From: Girardia tigrina
Taxonomy: Eukaryota
Direction of reading: 5' to 3'
DNA: 53,446 nt
NCBI GenBank assembly: GCA_001938485.1
Contig: MQRK01222116.1
Location: 1 to 53,446 of the forward strand
The notes below the pieces were generated by a model. That model ran no database searches. It saw nothing but the letters and a program-made list of their open reading frames with translations, and had not been told where the DNA came from. Positions 1 through 12,458 of this stretch are shown here, piece by piece. The number at the start of each line of letters is the position of its first letter. Positions within the stretch are counted from its first letter, which is position 1. Position numbers and translations under genes: made by a program.

Positions 1-90
1 GCGACCGTTGCCATGGTAACCGCGACCGTTGCTATGGTGATCGCGACCGTTGCCATGGCAACCGTGACCCCCCCCCCGGGGGGGGGTCAT
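1..90. repeat. 21-bp tandem repeat (3 units, GCGACCGTTGCYATGGYRAYC) followed by a TGAC(C)n(G)nTCA palindrome; probably the end of a repeat element truncated by the window edge
   Basis: Three near-identical 21-mers at 1-63, then tgaccccccccc-gggggggtca. Confidence 0.8.
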
Positions 91-1477
91 GTGGGGAGAA
101 TGCCCATTTTTCCCCTACTAACAATGCATTTGTGTAAATAAAAATATAAATTGATTCCAAGAATGAGTATCTTTACGTGTATCACAATTGGCCTTCTCTT
201 GTAAACTAGGACCCAAGAGAGGCAGTGCAACTGTGGATTAACAACAAAGCCCGGCAACATAAAGACACACCCAAAGCAAGAGAGCAAGTGTGGTACAATG
301 GTATCTTCTCAGAGGCATCCTACGCTAATCATTATGAAGATATGGAAGGCGATGGATCCGAGAGTTCGACGGCAATAAAACAGCGAGTCTTTTAATGATG
401 GACATTTTTGCAGATGCTTCTTCATGTATGTGTGTGTGCAGAATATATGTTGTATTATACGCTGGTCACCAACAACAATTGATTCCTATTTTCACTAAAA
501 TACTTTGTCAGAAATGGGATAGTCGATCGACGAATAACACGTTGCTAATTTTTCAACTGCACAAAACACTTTCTCAACTACACATTTTTGTCTCAACTAC
601 ACGTTAGAATAATGCCTGCATGTAAACAATGTTGCAAGATAATATCTTTCTCGTAACGTTTCTTTAAACGTTCTATTTGGGAAAAGTTTATACACATTTT
701 TCTGCAGAGGAACAAATTCAACCGGCAATATAAATATTAAAAACGTTTTGAAAAACACTGTAACGGTTTTCGTTTGAGAGTCCATCGAATGAAGCATGTT
801 CCAGTGTATCTGAGCAGTCATATTTGGAAACAAGATCTAAGAAACGGATAAAATTGCTTCTGTTATTTTTGCAAAAATTGTGTTGTTTCTACGATGATCG
901 TAAATAGTAAGTTTAACTGAATCGTTAAATGGAAGAGCAGTAAATATATTGTCATATACACTTACACGTTTTGATGCTAGAATATGTTGAGGAGACTTCA
1001 TTAATGTTTGTGCCTGTTGATAAATCTTATGAATGATATTTAGAATTCCCGACCTGACACATGTATGTTTTTAAGAATGTAATTTAATTCATAACATTTA
1101 ATATTTCACAAATCCTGCCCCAGAATTAAGTATATTTCTATAGCTACTAATTATTGATCAAACGATTTTTTTTTACTTTTTTTTGACAATTTGCAATGGT
1201 CCTGGATATCCGTCGAGAGGGCCAATATTCCAAGGCCAATTATCATTCCATAAATTTATTTGTGGTGAAAATTATTTTGAAACGTCTTAAAAATATATTA
1301 TTTCTATGAAGATTACTAAATTATACATTTATTATATTATTACTGCTTTGTTTTGTCTAATTTTTATATGATAATTTGTGTGAATATAAATGTAACTAAA
1401 TTGTAAACAAGTTTTCAATAGATTATTAAAAGTAAACGATAAAATGTTTAATCATTAATGTAATAATAAAAATTTCA

Positions 1478-1483
<6 letters not shown>

Positions 1484-1528
<45 letters not shown>
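1484..1528. repeat. (TA)n microsatellite
   Basis: Direct reading. Confidence 0.95.
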
Positions 1529-1532
<4 letters not shown>

Positions 1533-1595
1533 GTCTTGTGAACGCAAGTTTAGTATTTCGAAAATATAATTTGATTAAAGCTTTATTTATATAAT

Positions 1596-1639
1596 TATTG
1601 GACATGTTTCGATGTTTACATACATCATCATCAGCAATT
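1596..1639 (-). ncRNA. Minimal type I hammerhead ribozyme (Penelope pLTR type)
   Basis: Minus strand: ATTG-CTGATGA-T-GATGT(ATGTAA)ACATC-GAAA-CATG-TC^CAAT. Intact core boxes, stem II, palindromic stem III (ACATGT), GUC cleavage triplet, stem I ATTG/CAAT. Confidence 0.85.
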
Positions 1640-2024
1640 TTCGGATAAATATAATTTACTTTAAAAGGTGACAAAGAAATTAAACATTATTATTTATGAA
1701 AATATTATTGGATAATAATGGCAGTAAATATTTTAATTAAAAATTTAAAGTATTGAAATAACCTTACTTTGCCCATTCTGAATGTTAATTGATGGGTTGT
1801 AATGTCTTATTATTAGAGATTCACAAAACTGTCGTTCGTAATGTGAATCAAAACCCTTTTGTAAAACAGAAAACTCATCTTTTGAAATGGATGAGGTTCT
1901 ATCCTTACAAAATAACCAATGATCAAGAACCTTACTCGATCGACTCATTTGCGAGTGCTCGCTAATCCGGGTTTTGAGATGACGATTTGTCTCTCCGATG
2001 TACGAGTTTTGACACCCGTGACAA

Positions 2025-2539
2025 TTAACCGTTTACATGCGGACCCCATTAAACCTTTGCCTTTCGTGTAAAAACTTTTAAAACAATCTATATATGCTCT
2101 AACTAAGAAAATTATGTGGTTAAATCGGCGACCCAATCAATACCGAGAGAGAAAAATAGGTGTCCTTTTTATAGGACAGCCGTATTATTAGAGTACTAAA
2201 CTTTTTAATACACAGTAATAATATAAATAACACGCATCACTAAGCTATTGTGGGCGAGTGTGATGTGCATGAAAGCAAAGAGGATGAAGAGTTACAGAAC
2301 ACTGAATGCACTTAAATTTCGCCTTCTGGTGGCATTCTGTCTTTTTTTGTCAATAACTTTTTGTCATCAAATGGAGCAGAAATAGGGGCTTGTTTACGTG
2401 ATGTACTGATATCAATAGAAAGAGAAATGCTTACTTAATCAGAAAATCGTGTTTAAGTGAAAAAATATAGTAGTAGGTCACGACTACTGTCATTTATATG
2501 AGTGTCCTTTAAAAAGGACAGCCGCATGAAAACGGTTAA
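2025..2539. mobile_element. piggyBac-type MITE with TTAA TSD
   Basis: TTAACCGTTTACATGCGG ... CCGCATGAAAACGGTTAA inverted termini; internal TGTCCTTT..AGGACA palindromes; its removal restores the GIY-YIG frame. Confidence 0.85.
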
Positions 2540-3004
2540 ATTTATATACCAGATTAGCTTGCAAATCACAAACAAGCGGGATTATTCAGAGCTTTAAATG
2601 CCAGTGTCAAAAACTGCATCTAAGAAAAATGTTGGATTTGGCTGACTCTAATTAACCTGTTAAGATCAACCATTCTCAAGCCCTGAACTTCAGCAAAATG
2701 GAAATGGATGCAGTTTCCTCACAGACTATCATTTACTGCTGGCGCCATGTTGACATTCGATTTCAATGTTTGCAAGCAAACCTCACTGGTAAGAGTAGAT
2801 TGCAAAAAATGCTTCCCCTTTTTATTTAATACTCTATTTGTGTAGATACCACTGACTTTGGTAATCTCTTTCAGCGAATAAGCCTCATATTCAACATTCC
2901 TTCTACAGAACTCATGAGTCTCCAGGAATTCACTAATGCTGACGCTCATCTAGAAACTGAGGTGGTTTTTCTCTGATAATGAACTTCTATCTGTGGTTCC
3001 TGTA

Positions 3005-3398
3005 CACGAAGAAGAAGAAAGTGAAGCTACGCGATGTCATCCTCCACATTCGTACTACCAATGATCCTAGAAGCAAAAACAGCTGCAGAAACTCTGTTAC
3101 GCTATTTTCAGTCTTCTGATGTTACCACACGTTCAGATGTTGAAAACACCACGTCTACACTAAAACAACTGTATTCTATCTCCATTAATTCACAAAGAAC
3201 ATACAAAACTCACTGATTTCTTTGCAAAAGTGTAAGTTTATATGATTCATCCTGTGTGTTTAGTGTGAATGTTTGCTTAGTAAATATATCTGTAGTTTTA
3301 CACTGTGTATACTGACTGAAATCGATATAACGTCACCCTTGCCTTCCGTTAAATTTTTCTCAAAACCAATGGTTACGTTATCATGAGGGTTGACTGTA
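3005..3398 (+). mobile_element. pogo/Tigger-like element 3' end
   Basis: Tigger-type C-terminus (EAKTAAETLLRYF...KLTDFF) and right TIR CGTTATCATGAGGGTTGACTG followed by TA. Confidence 0.7.
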
Positions 3399-5321
3399 TA
3401 TGTAAGCGGTAACAATTTAGGAATAAAAAACAAATCAGTAATATTATCATCTAATAAATAAAGTTTCTGATTGGAATTTTCTTTGGCCAGGGGCATATTT
3501 AAAAGATAAATAACAATAACGAAATATGAATACATAAGGACTAAATTTATATTTCGAACAATAGCATTAATTGTGAAATTCACATTTTCGTAACACTATA
3601 GAAAAATAGTTACAGATAAACTTTATTGATCTTAAATTGTTTAAAGCTTCGTAAGTTCGTATGTACATTTTCAAAAAAAATCTTGATTTTTACTTTTTTA
3701 CAAATTATGAAACTCATTAAACATAAATTTTAAATTACGATAAGTGTCGAATAGTAAAGTGTACAATAATATAAAACACTAAAAATTACAGCATTGATGT
3801 ATAATATGATACTCTTCTAAAAAAGTAAATCTCTATGAAAGTATTCGAAACAAGAACTGCGAATTTCTGGAATTCAGTTACCCCGATCTTTTGATGTTTC
3901 AAATATAATTATTCTAAAAAGTCAATAGATTTTTTATAATTTTTGATGTACTGAATTTTATTTTAATAGGAACTCTGTCTAAATTTTAATAATATTAGCT
4001 ATACTAATTGTGTTTTTAGATTAGCAAAATTCTTAATGACATAAAATACTTTTAATTTTACAGAATAAGAGATATCAAAATTACAATAATCTAAATCTCA
4101 TGGCTTGTCCTTTCGAACGTGACTCATAGTAAATAGTTGTTCAAATAATATTTACCAATAATTAATAAATAAATAAAAAAGGACTAGATACAATATTTTT
4201 TAAAATCTCAAAATTTTAATACAATTGAAAACAACAATATTTTAAGTAATTGAATAATAATTTGAAATAATTCAATTTACAATAATTTCCTGAAGACTGC
4301 ATCATCTCATGACTAAAAGAATATTTTAACAATTCTCCATTAAAAAACGTAAAAAATGTTTTAAAAAGATCTTCATGATAACGATATTAATAAAAGTAAT
4401 GTATTAGTAATAAAAAACGAAAATAATAAATAACCGAGAGATTTGTATTTTATCAATAGCATAGGAAATGTTTCTTTATTCAAACAACAAATAAAAATTA
4501 TCATTTTTTTATAAAACACAGAAACCACAAGAATAATAAAATTTTACATTCTTCTTCTTACAAACAATTGGGTTCCTATTTGCAAATTATTTTATATATT
4601 TTCCCTATTATTTGTAAAATGCAATTGTCATGAACATGCTGATTATATTATTAAATTACGCGAAGGATTACGAAAATATATAAATAATGGAGATTACAAG
4701 CAAAAGTAATTGTCATATCAATTAAACAATTGCAGAATATAATTATGATTAAACTAAGCTATTTATACAATTTCTGGAGAAATAATAAAATAATTTCTTT
4801 ATTATTCTTCAAATAATGTCAGGTCTGTGGAAATAATAATAACTATTCAGAGACTTTTTTCCAAAATTTTCTAACTCTTTCCATCATTTCTGCAAACTAT
4901 ATCAATTAAATTCAGCAAAAGTTTCGTTGCTTTTAATCTAGTCTGATTAACTCGTGTATTAATTCATACGTTCTACGTCACTAATAAATGAAATCATTTA
5001 AATTAAAACAAAAACATTAATGCAATTTGACAATTGATTCAAATATAAACAGTCTCTAATCATTGCAAAAGTATATTTAATACACGGAAAACCTCGAATC
5101 CCTCGAGAGAAAAACAGTAGAATTTTACTTACTAATAGACTTTATATCTTATCCCTTGAGGGGAATCATTTTTCGTCTTTTATTAAAAACAAAGAGCGAG
5201 ACAGTGATTAAGATATTGAAGCAAATTTAGTTGAAACTACTAATATTTTACAAATTTGTTTTTTTTTAAATTGATAATTAAGATTGAAATTAAATAAGGC
5301 TCTGGAATCTCTTTATTTTCA

Positions 5322-5686
5322 TTACATGAGAAACTTTTCAAAACCGGCCAGTTTGTTGAGCTGCTGTTGCATCTCTCCTGGAAGGGATTCGGCTTCATCG
5401 TCCAGTTTCATGAGCAGTGGCTGCGCGAACAACAGGACAGACTTAAGTCCATAATCGCCTTTAAATTCAAGAAACTGGCACATTTTTAATAAATGCAGCA
5501 AAACTTCGAATTTAACGTAAAAGTGCGAACCGTATTTAGATTCACACAAATCTCTCGGGATCAATAAAGGTAGAGAATTGACCACAAATTTTACTAATTT
5601 TGATACAAATAATTGGTCTTGTACGACAGATCCAAGATCAAACAGACATTGGAGAATAGATAAGAGTAACAGATTACTTGAATATT
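5322..5686 (-). CDS. Terminal coding exon of an unidentified host gene (leucine-rich, probably alpha-helical protein)
   Basis: Acceptor ttttgttttaag at 5687-5688, then an open frame (K)YSSNLLLLSILQCLFDLG...AGFEKFLM* ending at TAA 5322. Phase 1 matches the donor at 14735. No TE motifs. Confidence 0.75.
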
Positions 5687-5787
5687 CTTAAAACAAAAGT
5701 AAATTAACAAGTGGTTCATGAACATTGGAAGTGTGTAAACAATCGATTAATAACAATTAATAAAATAATAATTTTTAAGAAAATATA

Positions 5788-6947
5788 TTAACCCTTCATT
5801 TCATGATGTTATTTTAAAAATTACGTCAAATTACATAAAATGAGTGAAATATTTCCTTTCCTTTCATAATTTTATTTTAATATTTGCGTCAAAGCACATT
5901 AAGCGTTTCACTGATTTAACAGATGTGTTGGTTAGCGTTTCTGAACCAAATATAGGCTGTGTCGAAAAAAACCGTGTTTTCTCTGAATCACCGTATAACC
6001 TGGTTTTCTGGTAGTAGAAGACAGAAAAGTGTTGAAAGAATAGAAGGTATCAACAAAGTCGAAGAAGCCCTAAAAGAAAATTGAACAAGAACAGTTCGTG
6101 ACCTTGCGGCTGACCTGGATATGTCAATGAAAATGGTGCATCGAATTTTAACGGAAGACCTTAACAGAAAATGGATGCTGATGCGCTGGATTCCACATCC
6201 CATTTCGGAAGCAAACAAGGTCATCCAAATCGAGCGAATAACCGACATGCTGGAAGCCCTCCAATTGAGATTAGTCATAAAGAATTTGGTGACGATAGAC
6301 GAGAAATGGTTCTTTGCCGACATCTTCCACCAAGAAACCAAATTGGGAGCTGGGTCGTACCAGGTGGTGATCAAATCCAGACAGCTCGAAGAGGTCATAT
6401 GGAGAAAATGTTTATGGACATTGTCACAGTGAGTGTTCGTGGCCATCGCTACTTCAAGGTTCTGTATCGAAACCAAAGTGTTGATTCTGACCTCTATATC
6501 ACTTTTCTCAATGAAATGGAAGCCAGCTTTGCAAATTTCATGTTCCCCTATACAATACGAATGCAAGACATGCATCTCATTCACGACAATGCGCGACCGC
6601 ATGCATCCCTAGCAATGACAACTTACTTTCAGGACAAAGGTGCGAAGTTGCTAAAGAAAGCGCCGTATTCACTAGACTGCAATCTATGCCACCGTTACAT
6701 CTTCCCACGTTTGGAAGCGCTTAGAAAAGACAAGTATGAAACAAAAGAAGAATGAGAGGAATTTATTCCACACAATTTGCCGACATTTCATGGAGAGAGG
6801 ACGAAAAGCGCTGTTCTTGAGAAAGGAGGGGATTATCAATAGTGTTTATATTAATACACGAATTTCAAAAACGCCGTTGTTTACGACACTGCCTATACTT
6901 AATAACTGTTTGTAGCAAATCTGCTACAAAATGAAATCAAGGGTTAA
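5788..6947. mobile_element. piggyBac-type MITE (TTAA ends) hosting a mariner-like insertion
   Basis: TTAACCCTTCATTTCAT ... ATGAAATCAAGGGTTAA. Confidence 0.7.
5951..6897 (+). mobile_element. Decayed, internally deleted mariner-like element
   Basis: TIRs TATAGGCTGTGTCG-AAA../..TTTACGACACTGCCTATA; frameshifted transposase with WIPH, TIDEKW, HDNARPH and PYSLD motifs. Confidence 0.85.
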
Positions 6948-7120
6948 ATTTATTATTTATGACTTAAACTATCTGTGAGTTTGATTAGATTATTTCGATT
7001 TTATATATAATTAACATTTTTAAAAAATCAATTAGTTAACAAAATCAAGTTATTTACCACTGTTAAAACAAAACTGGTTCTCATTAATAAAATAAAAACA
7101 TAATAATAGAGGAAACTCAC

Positions 7121-7350
7121 ATTAGAAGCAAAGAGAAATTTCTAACACACGTCGAAATTTTAGATAAAAAGATAGAAAAATATGTCCTCATAAATAATTA
7201 TTACAGGGCCGTTCTTGCAAGTGTATGATGTAAAGGTTGACTTCCTGAAGTATAACTCATATCTTTATGTATACTATTTCTAGTAGAGTTATCTCGTGAT
7301 TCGAAACAACATTTAATAAATCTAAAGCAAACAGACAGACGAGTGGAGAT
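7121..7350 (-). CDS. Candidate cluster of three small host-gene exons (7275-7350, 7205-7244, 7121-7186)
   Basis: Removing GT-AG introns of 30 nt and 18 nt gives the open frame ISTRLSVCFRFIKCCFESRDNSTRNRSQPLHHTLARTALTYFSIFLSKISTCVRNFSLLL ending at a GTGAGT donor. Speculative. Confidence 0.3.
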
Positions 7351-7499
7351 CTGTCAGAGTAATCGCCTCTAGTTATTTCGTTAAACATATTTATTTAACC
7401 GTTAATTTGAATATTACTTTAAAAGTCTTCAGTCATTATAACCTTATATTAATCCGATTTAGAATGAAAACTAACTTTCATTTTTATACAAAAACTATC

Positions 7500-8036
7500 A
7501 AGTTAAATCATTTTGAACTCAGTGTGTAAAAATAATGTAACCATGGAACCTATTAAAAACACTAATATAATTTCCAATACTTTTATTGACATCACAACTC
7601 CAAATTTATTGACAATTATCCACAAAAATTTCGTAGTTCTTGATTGATAAATTTTAATTCTTTTTCTAAACCTCTAATTATTCAAACAAATTTAAATTAC
7701 AATTCCTTACCAAAAATATTCAAAATTTATTTTCATAAATATTTTAATTCATTTTAAATACCTTATTTATGATTAAATAAATATTTACATAACAATCCAT
7801 TATTCAAATATTTTTAATCACTTTCAAATAGATTTAAAACATTTTGATTGAAATATTATTATATATTAATTAATTAAAATATATTAATTTAATTTTTAAG
7901 TTGTAATTTACATTTCAATTTTTTCCAAATAATCCGACAGTTGAAAACATTTAAAACATCAATCTTCCACCTGGGTTGGAGAAACACAATCCAAAAAACA
8001 TGCCAAACACAACATCATTCGAAAATATCCCTCACA
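7500..8036 (-). repeat. Terminus of the TGTGAGG-ended repeat family
   Basis: Ends ...GGAGAAACACAATCC...TATCCCTCACA; shares motifs with 8211-8985. Confidence 0.6.
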
Positions 8037-8082
8037 ACACCAAAGACAAAGTAAAGTAAACATATGCTATTCCATTTTGAAC

Positions 8083-8148
8083 CTTGTATTCTTCGATAAA
8101 AATTCTTCGATAAGGACGTAGTACTGAATAAATCGGCGTATCATGAGC
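8083..8148 (-). CDS. Candidate 66-nt host-gene exon
   Basis: Strong acceptor ttttcttttcttgtag and AAG|GTTCAA donor; open in phase 0 (AHDTPIYSVLRPYRRIFIEEYK) and in phase 2. Confidence 0.4.
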
Positions 8149-8210
8149 CTACAAGAAAAGAAAAAGAGAAATATTTAATTTGCTTGTACAAAGGTGTATT
8201 TATTAAGACG

Positions 8211-8985
8211 GTGAGGAATGTTCTGAATTGTTTGTTGTTTTATAATTGTCATGTTGTGTGTTGATTCAGATCCAACCCAGATGGCTGATTGGTATTTTCT
8301 TTGATTCCTACTTTTTGAAAATAATTTAATTTAATTTTAAAGTAAAAATATTTAAAATAGGTTTCAAATGTAATATATAAATTTTCAAATGTTATTTAAT
8401 TTTTCAATGTAATTTAAAATTTTAATATATTAATTTAATTGGTATTTCTTACTTTAAAATGTTTATATTTGATTTTAACAAATGAGAGTTTTGATAATTA
8501 ACTTGTATTATAAATATTTTCCATTTTTTTCATAAACCAGGATTATTAACAACATCAATATGATTTTTTAACACTTGCTAACATCACAATCAGAATTGTT
8601 ATGACAAAATTATTCAAACCTCTTTCGCTATTCGATAGTTTCTTGATTAATATATTTCTGAATTCATACTAATTTTACAATTAATGAAAAAGTTTTATTA
8701 ATAATTATTAATTACATAGATTCTAATTGGTTAAAATTAAATCTAAACATTTTATAAAAGTACCAATTAAATTATTATATTAAATTTTAAATTACATTAA
8801 AAAATAAATAATACATATTCAAAAATTATTTTAAATCTTTTTACATTAAAATTAAATTAAATTATTTTTAATTAGTAAGAATTAAAGAAAATACCAATCA
8901 TCCATCTGCGTAGGAGAGACACAATCCGAATCAACGTACAACATGCACAAAATAAAACAACAAACAATTCAAAACATTCCTCACA
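8211..8985. mobile_element. Non-autonomous element with long AT-rich inverted termini (T)GTGAGGAAT...ATTCCTCACA; possibly Ginger-type
   Basis: The left ~250 bp is an imperfect reverse complement of the right end; further ends at 8036, 11571, 19507 and 25698. Confidence 0.65.
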
Positions 8986-9231
8986 AGGATGATGCTCAGA
9001 TATCGCGACAGTGATTAGAAGAATTTGTGTAATGACAAATCATATTGATGTTGTTAATAAAGACTTTACAGCTCCATTTCTATAGAGATTTAGTTTATAT
9101 GAACGAGAAACAATAACATTCGCTCACATCACACATAAATTTTCAATATTGTCAGAGTTAGTGTCCAGGTTAAGAGGAATGTTTCCATTCTAAGCAGTTG
9201 CTTAAAAGAACTAAAATCGATTGAACATTTG

Positions 9232-10519
9232 TATTGGGTTGGCCAAAAAGTCATTGTGTTTTTTACTAAAATATTTATTATCAAAAAATGACATGGATGC
9301 ACAAATATTTTTACACGATATACTGTCCATTATTTTCAATCACTTTCTTACACCTTTCCGGTAGCTTCATTATTCCTGATTCATAAAAACCTTTGCCTTT
9401 GTCAGTAAAAAAGCTGTCTAATAACGATTTGATGTCATCATCACTGGCGAATGTTTTTTCTGTTTAAGGAATTCTGCAGTGATCTAATTAAGTGAAAATC
9501 CAATGGGGCCAAGTCTGGAGAATACGGTGGGTGTGGCAAAACCTGCCAATCCAGTGATAAGAGTTTCTGGCGAGTGGTCAAACTTGTATGCGGTCTTGCG
9601 TTATCATGCTGAATTACAACTCCTTTTCGATTTGTCAATTCAGGACGTTCCTGTTGAATTGAATGAGCCAATTTCTCCAGATGACCACAATATCTGTCTG
9701 AATTGATGGTTTCATTCCTCGGAAGGAGTTCAAAAAACACAATTCCTTTAAAATCTCATCAGACGGAAAGCATAACCTTCTTTTGATGAATTTCTACTTT
9801 TGGGATCGTTTTGGCAGGCTCACCACGTTTTGTCCATGATCGTCGGGGTTCCACATTGTTGTAAACAATCCATTTTTCGTCACCCGTAATCAAGCGCTTC
9901 AAAAATGGATCACTTTGTTTTCGCTTCAAAAGGGAATCGCAAATGTCTATATGTTTCACCAAATGAATTTCTTTCAGTTCATGTGGTAACCACATATCGA
10001 GTTTACTGACGAATCCAAGTTTCTTTAAATGACTTCCAACACTTGATTTTGATATTTCCAGAGTCTCTGCAACTTNNNNNNNNNNNNNNNNNNNNNNNNN
10101 NNNNNNNNNNNCTGTTATTTTGTCGCCATCAACTTCAACTGGTCGACCGGAGCGTGGTGCATCTTTTAGATGAAATTTTTCAGAACGAAATTTAGAAAAC
10201 CAGTATTGACACTGTCGAAGTTTTAAGGAGTCACTACCATATAGAAAACATATCTTCTTATGAGCTTGCACAGCGGTTTTACCTTTGCGAAAATAATGCA
10301 ACAAAACATGACGAATATGCTCATTTGGATTTTCCATTTCGAATTGACGGTAAAGTAATAAATTAAAACAAAATCAATTAATATTTTGTATAAACATAGT
10401 CTGAAAATTAAGGTTTCAGAATATATAATTGAATTTAAGTTTTATCACATCGTTTTATATTTTCAAGCTTTTTATTAGGACGTACTCAGAAACGCAATGA
10501 CTTTTTGGCCAACCCAATA
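9232..10519 (-). mobile_element. Full-length mariner (DD34D, mellifera-like), transposase inactivated
   Basis: TA-flanked TIRs TTGGGTTGGCCAAAAAGTCATTG; WLPHEL, ITGDEKW, HDNARPH and YSPDLAP motifs; premature stops after MLSV. Confidence 0.95.
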
Positions 10520-11339
10520 CATCTGACGGATATACAAAGTAAATCATAAACATGATTTAATATTTAAAAAAAGAAAAATAGACATCATTAAAATTGTTAT
10601 AACCTAAAAATGAGAGGTCTGAAAAAATCCAAATGGATTAATTCAGGTACGATACAACACAATTGTTTTGTAAATAATACTAGAGAACCAAAACATTTTT
10701 TTGTTTCAAAGGTTTTAAAAATTATTTTTTGGTTATATAATGAAAATCATCAATTTATCAAAATTACTTAAATAAAATTATCTATCTTGAGATGACATAA
10801 TTAAAAATTTTCAATGATAAATATAACTAAAATAAATATTTTACAAAATATAAATTATTTTTCATATATTATAAATAATTAATTAATTATAATCAAAAAT
10901 AAAATGTTACCAAGCTTTCACATGCATTAAATTGATAAAAAAATAATTAATTTACAACAATGTTAATTGAAATTGTTTCCAAAATATCAGATTGATTTTA
11001 TCGTAGATGATAAAAATAAATCAGATATATCTTTACGGTATTCATTCGTTATGTACATTGGGACCTTGCTTAAGACATATACTTGTGTATTGTTATATTA
11101 GTTATCTGTACTAAAAAAAATCTTTGTATTTAGGAGGAATGTTAAGAGAACTCACACATTTGACAGAATATTTATTACATCTTTATGATGATCAATGCTT
11201 TCACTATAATCCATCACTCAATTTTCAATATCTCTCATTATAATTTGAACTATACTTGAGAAAATTATTTTATTAAAAAATATTTAATTTAAATTTTATT
11301 GGCTTAATATTTCTATAGTCATTTTTAAACATTAATTTG

Positions 11340-11950
11340 ATTTTAATTATTTAAAAATTTAGAAAATAAAATCAATAAAATTATTTAAAGTTGCAATAAT
11401 AAAAATTAAAAATTTGGATATTAAATCTAAATTTAAATAAATTAGTTTCATATTATAAGAATTAAAATATTGATCATCCATCTGATTAGGAGATGCACAA
11501 TCCCAAATCAACACACAACATTTAAACATGCAAACACTACAAAAACAATTACACACCAAATATTCCTCACAAGGAATATTTTTAATTTGGTATGTTGAGT
11601 TTAGTATTTGGAAATGTGTTTCTCCCACCCAGATGGAAAATTGATATTTTGGATGTTCACGATGAATAGTTTGCATTTAAAAAACTTTTAAAATATTAAA
11701 TCGTTTCATATTTAAATATCAAAAATTTAAATAAAGTTAATAACTTTAACTAATTTTTAAATTGATTAAATTAATATTTTTTCTTTAAATAAAATCATTT
11801 TAAAATTAAATTAATATTTGGATAAAATCATTACCCTAATTATAAAAGTAGAATTTTAAAAATAAAATCTGAAAATAATTTAAAAATGAATAATTTTTCG
11901 AATAATTGTTTATTAACAAGACATTAACAAAAATTTATCAATTTAGCGAG
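11340..11950. repeat. Back-to-back junction of two TGTGAGG-family termini
   Basis: ...TATTCCTCACA|AGGAATATT...TGTGTTTCTCCCACCCAGATGG at ~11571. Confidence 0.6.
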
Positions 11951-12458
11951 ATGTCAAATTATGAAAGCTTGGCTGAGAATTGTCCCAGAGACAATTCAAA
12001 TTGTGATGAAAATAAATATTGTTGTTCTTAATAGTATTTATATAAAGAGGACCATCAAATGCTTTGGTACCTCCATTTCGTAATCAGAGTTTATCAAGAA
12101 GATAAAGTTTGGAGAAACTGACAATTACTCCTTTTTCAAGACGACCCAGCTTAAACGCGTTAAGTGAAACTGTGGAATAATTAATGGAAAAGGTCCTCCG
12201 GAATCGAGAAAAATTAAAAGCATTTGATTGAAATTTCTGATTATGTCTCCCTAATCGAAGACATTCAAGAAAATATTAAATTCACAAATTTATGTAGATG
12301 AAAAAGGTAAATCTTCTCCGTTTAGTCAAAGAAAAGAAAACAATGATATTGGATTTATGTCAGCAAAATATAACCTCATTATATATAAAAAGAATTTGAT
12401 ATATTTAATGTAAAATATCTGGCAAAATTTTCTTGTTCCATATTTAGAATGTTCATGT

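Larger units (their letters stand above)
1530..2585 (-). mobile_element. Penelope-like retroelement 3' fragment (GIY-YIG endonuclease plus 3' hammerhead), split by a TTAA MITE
   Basis: After removing 2025-2539 (keeping one TTAA) the minus strand reads ...LQANLVYKFNCHGCQNSYIGETNRHLKTRISEHSQMSRSSKVLDHW...ESLIIRHYNPSINIQ, a Penelope GIY-YIG signature. A hammerhead lies downstream. Confidence 0.85.

Noticed and set aside
330-1100. Decayed coding-like stretch (also 2600-3000 and 11950-12400)
   Set aside because: Probably old TE remnants, but no diagnostic motif could be recognised
5988-6602. 204-aa minus-strand ORF as a host gene (similarly 13257-13640 and 40223-40540)
   Set aside because: Antisense or alternate-frame shadows of transposase or GIY-YIG sequence
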